A stretch of 64,000 nucleotides of DNA from Eledone cirrhosa (lineage: Eukaryota), in assembly GCA_964016885.1 (NCBI GenBank), contig OZ024743.1, positions 21,576,001-21,640,000 on the forward strand, read 5' to 3'. Below are positions 15,901 through 27,500 of the stretch, piece by piece; positions within the stretch are counted from its first letter, which is position 1, and each line of letters starts with the position of its first letter. The position numbers were made by a program, and so were the translations under genes. The notes under the pieces are model-generated. The model saw nothing but the letters and a program-made list of their open reading frames with translations. It was not told the DNA's origin and did no database searches.

Positions 15901-18020
15901 AGCAGGATTATTAAACCATTTATATATAATAGTAAAAATAGAGTGCTGGGCAGAGGTGAGAACACTATGGTAGCAGGATTATTAAACCATTTATATATAA
16001 TAGTAAAAATAGAGTGCTGGGCAGAGGTGAGAACACTATGGTAGCAGGATTATTAAACCATTTATATATAATAGTAAAAATACAGTGTTGGGCAGAGGTG
16101 AGAACACTATGGTAGCAGGATTATTAAACCATTTATATATAATAGTAAAAATACAGTGCTGGGCAGAGGTGAGAACACTATGGTAGCTGGATTATTAAAC
16201 CATTTATATATAATAGTAAAAATACAGTGCTGGGCAGAGTTGAGAACACTATGGTAGCCGGATTATTAAACCATTTATATATAATAGTAAAAATACAGTG
16301 CTGGGCAAAGGTGAGACAATATGATAGCTGGATTATTAAACCATTTATATATAATAGTAAAAATAGAGTGCTGGGCAGAGGTGAGAACATTATGGTAGCT
16401 GGATTATTAAACCATTTATATATAATAGTAAAAATAGAGTGCTGGACAGAGGTAAGAACACTATAGTAGCTGGATTATTAAACCATTTATATATAATAGT
16501 AAAAATACAGTGCTGGGCAGAGGTGAGAACACTATGGTAGCTGGATTATTAAACCATTTATATATAGTAGTAAAAATACAGTGCTGGGCAGGTGAGAACA
16601 CTATGGTAGCCGGATTATTAAACCATTTATATATAATAGTAAAAATACAGTGCTGGGCAAAGGTGAGACACTATGATAGCTGGATTATTAAACCATTTAT
16701 ATATAATAGTAAAAATAGAGTGCTGGGCAGAGGTGAGAACACTGTGGTAGCTGGATTATTAAACCATTTATATATAATAGTAAAAATACAGTGCTGGGCA
16801 GAGGTGAGAACACTATGGTAGCTGGATTATTAAACCATTTATATATAATAGTAAAAATAGAGTGCTGGGCAGAGGTGAGAACACTGTGGTAGCTGGATTA
16901 TTAAACCATTTATATATAATAGTAAAAATACAGTGCTGGGCAGAGGTGAGAACACTATGGTAGCAGGATTATTAAACCATTTATATATAATAGTAAAAAT
17001 AGAGTGCTGGGCAGAGGTGAGAGCACTATGGTAGCTGGATTATTAAACCATTTAGATATAATAGTAAAAATACAGTGCTGGGCAAAGGTGAGACACTATG
17101 ATAGCTGGATTATTAAACCATTTATATATAATAGTAAAAATAGAGTGCTGGGCAGAGGTGAGAACACTATGGTAGCTGGATTATTAAACCATTTATATAT
17201 AATAGTAAAAATAGAGTGCTGGGCAGAGGTGAGAATACTATGGTAGCTGGATTATTAAACCATTTATATATAATAGTAAAAATAGAGTGCTGGGCAGAGG
17301 TGAGAACACTGTGGTAGCTGCATTATTAAACCACTTATATATAATAGTAAAAATAGAGTGCTGGGCAGAGGTGAGAACACTGTGGTAGCTGCATTATTAA
17401 ACCACTTATATATAATAGTAAAAATAGAGTGCTGGGCAGAGGTGAGAACACTGTGGGAGCTGCATTATTAAACCACTTATATATAATAGTAAAAATAGAG
17501 TGCTGGGCAGAGGTGAGAACACTGTGGTAGCTGGATTATTAAACCATTTATATATAATAGTAAAAATACAGTGCTGGGCAGAGGTGAGAACACTATGGTA
17601 GCTGGATTATTAAACCATTTATATATAATAGTAAAAATACAGTGCTGGGCAGAGCTGAGAACACTATGGTAGCCGGATTATTAGAACCATTTATATATAA
17701 TAGTAAAAATAGAGCGCTGGGCAGAGGTGAGAACACTATGGTAGCTGGATTATTAAACCATTTATATATAATAGTAAAAATACAGTGCTGGGTAGAGGTG
17801 AGAACACTATGGTAGCTGGATTATTAAACCATTTATATATAATAGTAAAAATACAGTGCTGGGCAGAGGTGAGAACACTATGGTAGACGGATTATTAAAC
17901 CATTTATATATAATAGTAAAAATACAGTGCTGGGCAGAGGTGAGACACTATGATAGCTGGATTATTAAACCATTTATATATAATAGTAAAAATACAGTGC
18001 TGGGCAGAGCTGAGAACACT
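8280..18020. repeat. Tandem duplication of about 4.82-4.89 kb within the satellite
   Basis: 8792 maps to 13608 (+4816). 10140, 11341 and 12970 recur at +4886, a one 70-bp monomer difference. Confidence 0.85.
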
Positions 18021-18897
18021 ATGATAGCTGGATTATTAAACCATTTATATATAATAGTAAAAATACAGTGCTGGGCAAAGGTGAGACACTATGATAGCTG
18101 GATTATTAAACCATTTATATATAATAGTAAAAATAGAGTGCTGGGCAGAGGTGAGAACACTGTGGTAGCTGGATTATTAAACCATTTATATATAATAGTA
18201 AAAATACAGTGCTGGGCAGAGGTGAGAACACTGTGGTAGCTGCATTATTAAACCACTTATATATAATAGTAAAAATAGAGTGCTGGGCAGAGGTGAGAAC
18301 ACTATGGTAGCTGGATTATTAAACCATTTATATATAATAGTAAAAATACAGTGCTGGGCAGAGGTGAGAACACTATGGAAGCAGGATTATTAAACCATTT
18401 AAATATAATAGTAAAAATACAGTGCTGGGCAGAGGTGAGAACACTATGGTAGCTGGATTATTAAACCATTTATATATAATAGTAAAAATACAGTGCTGGG
18501 CAGAGGTGAGAATACTATGGAAGCAGGATTATTAAACCATTTAAATATAATAGTAAAAATACAGTGCTGGGCAGAGGTGAGAACATTATCGTAGCTGGAT
18601 TATTAAACCATTTATATATAGTAGTAAAAATACAGTGCTGGGCAGGTGAGAACACTATGGTTGCCGGATTATTAAACCATTTATATATAATAGTAAAAAT
18701 ACAGTGCTGGGCAAAGGTGAGACACTATGATAGCTGGATTATTAAACCATTTATATATAATAGTAAAAATAGAGTGCTGGGCAGAGGTGAGAACACTGTG
18801 GTAGCTGGATTATTAAACCATTTATATATAATAGTAAAAATAGAGTGCTGGGCAGAGGTGAGAACACTATGGTAGCTGGATTATTAAACCATTTATA

Positions 18898-18902
18898 TAT
18901 AA
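18898..18902 (+). other. Target-site duplication TATAA (partner at 21587-21591; copy 2 at 29171-29175 and 31860-31864)
   Basis: Satellite reads ...CATTTATATATAA|LINE and LINE|TATAATAGT..., so TATAA appears on both sides. The exact length is ambiguous because it overlaps the tail. Confidence 0.7.
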
Positions 18903-19387
18903 ATGCTGCCAAGAAAACAGCCACTTATGTGTTTATTGCAGGTGACTTCAATCATCCTGAGATCGATTGGGAAACCTTTCGTTGGCCACAGGGTGCAAAC
19001 GATTTCCTTGAACTAGTGCTGGACTCAAACTGGTCACAAGTAGTCACCTCTCCAACAAGAGGTGACAACACTTTGGACCTGATCTTCACCACTACTCCTG
19101 AAGTGGTTATCAGTTGTACTACTGAGGAACCTCTAGGCGACTCTGATCATGCTATGATCATTGCCAATCTGGCACTTGAGGGCAGCAACAAAAACCAGAG
19201 CCATCTCCAATCTGCTTGCTTTGATTGGAAGAGGGCAGATTGGAACTTGTACTGCACTGAGCTACAGCGCCCAAACTGGCATGAGATGTATAACTCTGGA
19301 GATGTGAACTCTATACTCCAGAGCATCCTGGACTCAATATGGATAGCGTGTGCAGCATCAGTGCCACGGAAGCGGAAAGAAAAATAA
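18903..19387 (+). pseudogene. N-terminally truncated APE-type endonuclease fragment of LINE ORF2, ended by a frameshift
   Basis: Frame of ORF 18845..19387 carries GDFN, LDLIF and SDH. The N-terminal part of the APE domain is absent and replaced by satellite. Stop TAA at 19385-19387 follows CGGAAAGAAAAA. Confidence 0.9.
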
Positions 19388-21308
19388 CCACCCCAAAAGT
19401 GCAATCTGGGAAACTTCAGCAGTCCGACTTGCCAGGAAAGAGCGTCGGAACGCTGAACGGGAATATAAACTGCATAGATCAGATGCCAACAGAAAAAAGC
19501 GGAATAAATCTTCTAACCATCTCAAGCAAGTGACAAAGAAGGCAGTGCTTGAATTTGAACAGTGCATCGCAACCAATCCCGACAGTAAGGTGTTCTGGAA
19601 ATATGTTCATTCAAAGCAGAGACCTCACTCTCCAGTTGGTCCTCTTCGCAATCCCCACACAAGCCAGATCACTGACGATCCCAAGGAATGCGCAGAACTC
19701 ATTGCTGAGTGCTATGCAAGTATTTTTACTGTTGAAAACCAGAATGTACCATCTCCACCATCTCTAACATCAAATTCCATAACAACTATGGAATTTACAC
19801 CTGCAATGTTGCGACGTCACCTTAAGAATAAGCGCAACTATGCCTCCCCTGGTCTTGATGGTGTGACATACCTGCTTCTCAAACGTGGCGGGGATTTCCT
19901 TTTGCGCCAGCTTTCTTTTTTCTTTCAATACTGTCTCAGCAATGGTGCTACTCCAGAGCAGTGGAAAACTGCCAGTGTCATTCCCCTGTTCAAAAAGGGC
20001 AACCGCATGTCACCTGTCAACTATCGTCCAGTCAGTCTTACTAGCTGTATGGCCAAACTGATGGAATCCTGTGTCAGAGAAACACTTTGGAACTTCTGGA
20101 GCTCTCACAGCCTCATCCGGCCCTCACAGTTTGGATTTATCCCTAACTCCAGCTGCTGTGATCAGCTTATCGAGTTCCTTGAGGACATCACCCGGATCAC
20201 TGACAGCGGCTCATGGGTGGATGTTGTTTACTTTGACTTTGCTAAGGCTTTTAATTCTGTGCCACACAAAAGACTTATGGCAAAACTCTCTGCAATGGGT
20301 GTGAGGGATGATCTTTTCGACTGGCTGAAATCCTTCATTCTCAGCCGAAAGGAAGTAGTCACGGTTCTAGGACAGCATTCTTCACCATATGAGATGTCAT
20401 CTGGTGTACCACAGGGATCTGTTCTTGGTCCTCTTTTGTTTGTGGCATATATTAATGACATAGATGCCAACTTACAGAATGCCACGGTACTAAAATATGC
20501 AGATGACATCAAGCTGTACCTTGAAATCAAAAGGACTGATCCTGAAATTTACAACTCTTTCCTACAATCAGACCTGGACACAATGCAGCAATGGATCACA
20601 GACTGGCAACTGAAGCTGGCTGTGGACAAGTGTACCACCATGCATTTTGGAAGGAAAAATCCAGCGTCCACATACTCCCTCCACAACACTGACATCAAAA
20701 AGTCCTCTTGTGAACGTGACCTGGGCATTACTGTCAGCAACGATTTGCGTTGGACAAAGCATGTCTCTAAGATTGTCAAGAAGGCCGAGGGTGTCTTGGC
20801 ATCACTCAGCAAGACCTTTGTTAGCCACTCTCCAGCCATCTATTTAAAACTGTATACAGCTATGGTGCGACCACACTTGGAATTCGCATCATCAGTCTGG
20901 AACCCCTATCTTGCTCGGAACATTGACCTCCTGGAAACTGTTCAGAGACGTGCAACCAAGCGCATACCCTCCATCAGACACCTACCATACTCTGAACGCC
21001 TTGCTTCCCTGGGCATGGATTCATTGAAGCTCCGACGTCTGGCAGTGGACTTGGTGAATACCCACAAAGTTTTTAACCATCTCGCCAACTGCAACCCTGA
21101 GCGCCTCTTTGATCTCCATGTATCTAACACACGTGGACATGCCTACAAGATAAGAAAACAGCACAGCTCCCATGACTTTCGCAGACATTTTTTCACGCTC
21201 AGAGTTGCTGAAACATGGAACAAACTGCCTGCGTCAATTGTTAGCTGCCGAGACACTGCATCCTTTAAGACACTCATGCTTCCCGAAATACGCCAAAACT
21301 ACACCTGA
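19350..21308 (+). pseudogene. LINE ORF2 reverse transcriptase and C-terminal domain; stop-free 652-codon frame detached from the endonuclease by a frameshift
   Basis: RT motifs including YADD are present. The listed start is a GTG; the first in-frame ATG is at 19788. True coding homology starts at about 19377. Confidence 0.9.
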
Positions 21309-21535
21309 TGTGCCCCTTCCATACACATGCACACATGTGTGCACTGTTCATTTTACTGATGTTTGTGCATTGCCCTATGTACTGTACATGCACTTTTTTG
21401 ATGGGTTGTGGTGCACCTGGGCACTGTGCACAATATTTCATTATTGTTATTGTTATTATATCATGACTCATACACTGTTTATTTTCCTGACATTTGTACA
21501 TTATTCTATGTACTATACATGCACCTTTGATGAGT

Positions 21536-21557
21536 TGTAGTGCACCTGAGCACTGTA
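21536..21557 (+). other. Putative 3' stem-loop (RT recognition signal) upstream of the (ATT)n tail
   Basis: TGTAGTGC-acctga-GCACTGTA forms an 8-bp stem with two G.U pairs and a 6-nt loop. A paralogous hairpin lies at 21407-21428. A 3' stem-loop plus microsatellite tail is the known cis-signal in L2/CR1-type LINEs. Confidence 0.6.
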
Positions 21558-21569
21558 CACAATAATTTC

Positions 21570-21587
21570 ATTATTATTATTATTATT
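21570..21587 (+). repeat. (ATT)6 3' microsatellite tail of the LINE (also at 31843-31860)
   Basis: ATTATTATTATTATTATT immediately before the satellite resumes. Confidence 0.9.
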
Positions 21588-24500
21588 ATAATAGTAAAAA
21601 TAGAGTGCTGGGCAGAGGTGAGAACACTGTGGTAGCTGGATTATTAAACCATTTATATATAATAGTAAAAATACAGTGCTGGGCAGAGGTGAGAACACTA
21701 TGGTAGCTGGATTATTAGAACCATTTATATATCATAGTAAAAATACAGTGCTGGGCAGAGGTGAGAACACTGTGGTAGCTGGATTATTAAACCATTTATA
21801 TATAATAGTAAAAATACAGTGCTGGGCAGAGGTGAGAACACTATGGTAGCTGGATTATTAGAACCATTTATATATAATAGTAAAAATAGAGTGCTGGGCA
21901 GAGGTGAGAACACTATGGTAGCTGGATTATTAAACCATTTATATATAATAGTAAAAATACAGTGCTGGGCAAAGGTGAGACACTATGATAGCTGGATTAT
22001 TAGAACCATTTATATATAATAGTAAAAATAGAGTGCTGGGCAGAGGTGAGAACACTATGGTAGCTGGATTATTAAACCATTTATATATAATAGTAAAAAT
22101 AGAGTGCTGGGCAGAGGTGAGAACACTATGGTAGCTGGATTATTAAACCATTTATATATAATAGTAAAAATAGAGTGCTGGGCAGAGGTGAGAACACTAT
22201 GGTAGCTGGATTATTAGAACCATTTATATATAATAGTAAAAATAGAGTGCTGGGCAGAGGTGAGAACACTATGGTAGCTGGATTATTAAACCATTTATAT
22301 ATAATAGTAAAAATACAGTGCTGGGCAAAGGTGAGACACTATGGTAGCTGGATTATTAAACCATTTATATATAATAGTAAAAATAGAGTGCTGGGCAGAG
22401 GTGAGAACACTATGGTAGCTGGATTATTAAACCATTTATATATAATAGTAAAAATAGAGTGCTGGGCAGAGGTGAGAATACTATGGTAGCTGGATTATTA
22501 AACCATTTATATATAATAGTAAAAATAGAGTGCTGGGCAGAGGTGAGAACACTGTGGTAGCTGCATTATTAAACCACTTATATATAATAGTAAAAATAGA
22601 GTGCTGGGCAGAGGTGAGAACACTGTGGTAGCTGCATTATTAAACCACTTATATATAATAGTAAAAATAGAGTGCTGGGCAGAGGTGAGAACAATGTGGG
22701 AGCTGCATTATTAAACCACTTATATATAATAGTAAAAATAGAGTGCTGGGCAGAGGTGAGAACACTATGGTAGCTGGATTATTAAACCATTTATATATAA
22801 TAGTAAAAATACAGTGCTGGGCAGAGGTGAGAACACTATGGTAGCTGGATTATTAAACCATTTATATATAATAGTAAAAATACAGTGTTGGGCAGAGGTA
22901 AGAACACTATGGTAGCTGGATTATTAAACCATTTATTTATAATAGTAAAAATAGAGTGCTGGGCAGAGGTGAGAACACTGTGGTAGCCGGATTATTAAAC
23001 CATTTAAATATAATAGTAAAAATAGAGTGCTGGGCAGAGGTAAGAACACTGTGGTAGCTGGATTATTAGAACCATTTATATATAATAGTAAACATAGAGT
23101 GCTGGGCAGAGGTGAGAACACTATGGTAGCCGGATTATTAAACCATTTATATATAATAGTAAAAATACAGTGCTGGGCAGAGGTGAGAACATTATCGTAG
23201 CTGGATTATTAAACCATTTATATATAATAGTAAAAATAGAGTGCTGGGCAGAGGTGAGAACACTATGGTAGCTGGATTATTAAACCATTTATATATAATA
23301 GTAAAAATAGAGTGCTGGGCAGAGGTGAGAACACTATGGTAGCTGGATTATTAAACCATTTATATATAATAGTAAAAATACAGTGTTGGGCAGAGGTAAG
23401 AACACTATGGTAGCTGGATTATTAAACCATTTATATATAATAGTAAAAATACAGTGCTGGGCAGAGGTGAGAACACTATGGTAGCTGGATTATTAAACCA
23501 TTTATATATAATAGTAAAAATACAGTGTTGGGCAGAGGTAAGAACACTATGGTAGCTGGATTATTAAACCATTTATTTATAATAGTAAAAATAGAGTGCT
23601 GGGCAGAGGTGAGAACACTGTGGTAGCCGGATTATTAAACCATTTAAATATAATAGTAAAAATAGAGTGCTGGGCAGAGGTAAGAACACTGTGGTAGCTG
23701 GATTATTAGAACCATTTATATATAATAGTAAACATAGAGTGCTGGGCAGAGGTGAGAACACTATGGTAGCCGGATTATTAAACCATTTATATATAATAGT
23801 AAAAATACAGTGCTGGGCAGAGGTGAGAACACTATGATAGCTGGATTATTAAACCATTTATATATAATAGTAAAAATACAGTGCTGGGCAGAGCTGAGAA
23901 CACTATGATAGCTGGATTATTAAACCATTTATATATAATAGTAAAAATACAGTGCTGGGCAAAGGTGAGACACTATGATAGCTGGATTATTAAACCATTT
24001 ATATATAATAGTAAAAATAGAGTGCTGGGCAGAGGTGAGAACACTGTGGTAGCTGGATTATTAAACCATTTATATATAATAGTAAAAATACAGTGCTGGG
24101 CAGAGGTGAGAACACTGTGGTAGCTGCATTATTAAACCACTTATATATAATAGTAAAAATAGAGTGCTGGGCAGAGGTGAGAACACTATGGTAGCTGGAT
24201 TATTAAACCATTTATATATAATAGTAAAAATACAGTGCTGGGCAGAGGTGAGAACATTATCGTAGCTGGATTATTAAACCATTTATATATAATAGTAAAA
24301 ATAGAGTGCTGGGCAGAGGTGAGAACACTGTGGTAGCTGGATTATTAAACCATTTATATATAATAGTAAAAATACAGTGCTGGGCAGAGGTGAGAACACT
24401 ATGGTAGCTGGATTATTAAACCATTTATATATAATAGTAAAAATAGAGTGCTGGGCAGAGGTGAGAACATTATCGTAGCTGGATTATTAAACCATTTATA

Positions 24501-27500
24501 TATAATAGTAAAAATAGAGTGCTGGGCAGAGGTGAGAACACTATGGTAGCTGGATTATTATACCATTTATATATAATAGTAAAAATAGAGTGCTGGGCAG
24601 AGGTGAGAACACTATGGAAGCAGGATTATTAAACCATTTATATATAATAGTAAAAATACAGTGCTGGGCAGAGGTGAGAATACTATGGTAGCAGGATTAT
24701 TAAACCATTTATATATAATAGTAAAAATAGAGTGCTGGGCAGAGGTGAGAACACTATGGTAGCAGGATTATTAAACCATTTATATATAATAGTAAAAATA
24801 GAGTGCTGGGCAGAGGTGAGAACACTATGGTAGCAGGATTATTAAACCATTTATATATAATAGTAAAAATACAGTGCTGGGCAGAGGTGAGAACACTATG
24901 GTAGCTGGATTATTAAACCATTTATATATAATAGTAAAAATACAGTGCTGGGCAGAGGTGAGAACACTATGGTAGCTGGATTATTAAACCATTTATATAT
25001 AATAGTAAAAATACAGTGCTGGGCAAAGGTGAGACACTATGATAGCTGGATTATTAAACCATTTATATATAATAGTAAAAATAGAGTGCTGGGCAGAGGT
25101 GAGAACATTATGGTAGCTGGATTATTAAACCATTTATATATAATAGTAAAAATAGAGTGCTGGGCAGAGGTAAGAACACTATAGTAGCTGGATTATTAAA
25201 CCATTTATATATAATAGTAAAAATACAGTGCTGGGTAGAGGTGAGAACACTATGGTAGCTGGATTATTAAACCATTTATATATAATAGTAAAAATACAGT
25301 GCTGGGCAGAGGTGAGAACACTGTGGTAGCTGGATTATTAAACCATTTATATATAGTAGTAAAAATAGAGTGCTGGGCAGGTGAGAACACTATGGTTGCC
25401 GGATTATTAAACCATTTATATATAATAGTAAAAATACAGTGCTGGGCAAAGGTGAGACACTATGATAGCTGGATTATTAAACCATTTATATATAATAGTA
25501 AAAATACAGTGCTGGGTAGAGGTGAGAACACTATGGTAGCTGGATTATTAAACCATTTATATATAGTAGTAAAAATACAGTGCTGGGCAGGTGAGAACAC
25601 TATGGTTGCCGGATTATTAAACCATTTATATATAATAGTAAAAATACAGTGCTGGGCAAAGGTGAGACACTATGATAGCTGGATTATTAAACCATTTATA
25701 TATAATAGTAAAAATAGAGTGCTGGGCAGAGGTGAGAACACTGTGGTAGCTGGATTATTAAACCATTTATATATAATAGTAAAAATAGAGTGCTGGGCAG
25801 AGGTGAGAACACTATGGTAGCTGGATTATTAAACCATTTATATATAATAGTAAAAATACAGTGCTGGGCAGAGGTGAGAACACTGTGGTAGCTGGATTAT
25901 TAAACCATTTATATATAATAGTAAAAATACAGTGCTGGGCAGAGGTGAGAACACTATGGTAGCTGGATTATTAAACCATTTATATATAATAGTAAAAATA
26001 GAGTGCTGCGCAGAGGTGAGAACACTATGGTAGCTGGATTATTATACCATTTATATATAATAGTAAAAATAGAGTGCTGGGCAGAGGTGAGAACGCTATG
26101 GAAGCAGGATTATTAAACCATTTATATATAATAGTAAAAATACAGTGCTAGGCAGAGGTGAGAACACTATGGTAGCAGGATTATTAAACCATTTATATAT
26201 AATAGTAAAAATAGAGTGCTGGGCAGAGGTGAGAACACTATGGTAGCAGGATTATTAAACCATTTATATATAATAGTAAAAATAGAGTGCTGGGCAGAGG
26301 TGAGAACACTATGGTAGCAGGATTATTAAACCATTTATATATAATAGTAAAAATACAGTGTTGGGCAGAGGTGAGAACACTATGGTAGCAGGATTATTAA
26401 ACCATTTATATATAATAGTAAAAATACAGTGCTGGGCAGAGGTGAGAACACTATGGTAGCTGGATTATTAAACCATTTATATATAATAGTAAAAATACAG
26501 TGCTGGGCAGAGTTGAGAACACTATGGTAGCCGGATTATTAAACCATTTATATATAATAGTAAAAATACAGTGCTGGGCAAAGGTGAGACAATATGATAG
26601 CTGGATTATTAAACCATTTATATATAATAGTAAAAATAGAGTGCTGGGCAGAGGTGAGAACATTATGGTAGCTGGATTATTAAACCATTTATATATAATA
26701 GTAAAAATAGAGTGCTGGACAGAGGTAAGAACACTATAGTAGCTGGATTATTAAACCATTTATATATAATAGTAAAAATACAGTGCTGGGCAGAGGTGAG
26801 AACACTATGGTAGCTGGATTATTAAACCATTTATATATAGTAGTAAAAATACAGTGCTGGGCAGGTGAGAACACTATGGTAGCCGGATTATTAAACCATT
26901 TATATATAATAGTAAAAATACAGTGCTGGGCAAAGGTGAGACACTATGATAGCTGGATTATTAAACCATTTATATATAATAGTAAAAATAGAGTGCTGGG
27001 CAGAGGTGAGAACACTGTGGTAGCTGGATTATTAAACCATTTATATATAATAGTAAAAATACAGTGCTGGGCAGAGGTGAGAACACTATGGTAGCTGGAT
27101 TATTAAACCATTTATATATAATAGTAAAAATAGAGTGCTGGGCAGAGGTGAGAACACTGTGGTAGCTGGATTATTAAACCATTTATATATAATAGTAAAA
27201 ATACAGTGCTGGGCAGAGGTGAGAACACTATGGTAGCAGGATTATTAATCCATTTATATATAATAGTAAAAATAGAGTGCTGGGCAGAGGTGAGAGCACT
27301 ATGGTAGCTGGATTATTAAACCATTTAGATATAATAGTAAAAATACAGTGCTGGGCAAAGGTGAGACACTATGATAGCTGGATTATTAAACCATTTATAT
27401 ATAATAGTAAAAATAGAGTGCTGGGCAGAGGTGAGAACACTATGGTAGCTGGATTATTAAACCATTTATATATAATAGTAAAAATAGAGTGCTGGGCAGA

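Larger units (their letters stand above)
1..18902. repeat. 71-bp satellite tandem array, left segment (begins before the window)
   Basis: Continuous head-to-tail monomers; 1-71 is one monomer and the next starts at 72. Monomers differ by a few substitutions. Length variants: 70 bp (GGCAAAGGTGAGACACTATGATAG), 69 bp (GGGCAGGTGAG), 72 bp (ATTATTAGAACC). Confidence 0.99.
18903..21586 (+). mobile_element. 5'-truncated CR1-clade non-LTR retrotransposon (LINE), copy 1
   Basis: APE endonuclease C-terminal motifs (GDFNHP, PTRGDNTLDLIF, SDH). RT motifs (YRPVSLTS, QFGF, DFAKAF, GVPQGSVLGPLLF, YADD). CR1-type C-terminus (LYTAMVRPHLEFASSVWNP, LETVQRRATK, FFTLRVAETWNKLP). About 260-bp 3'UTR, (ATT)n tail and flanking TATAA duplication. 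No ORF1 or 5'UTR. Clade assignment is from motif recognition, not a tree. Confidence 0.95.
21341..21588 (+). repeat. Diverged direct repeat (2 x about 118 bp, period about 130 bp) forming the LINE 3'UTR; each unit ends in a stem-loop and an ATT-like tail
   Basis: 21341-21458 aligns to 21472-21588 with about 17 substitutions and 2 small indels (manual alignment). Confidence 0.9.

Noticed and set aside
21421-21445. Satellite derived from the LINE 3' end (CACTGTG...CATTATT similarity)
   Set aside because: Only two short low-complexity words match, with different spacing; not significant.
19147-21698. Overlapping alternative-frame and antisense ORFs within the LINE (repeated at 29420-31971)
   Set aside because: Shadow ORFs of ORF2 and the 3'UTR with no recognisable motifs.
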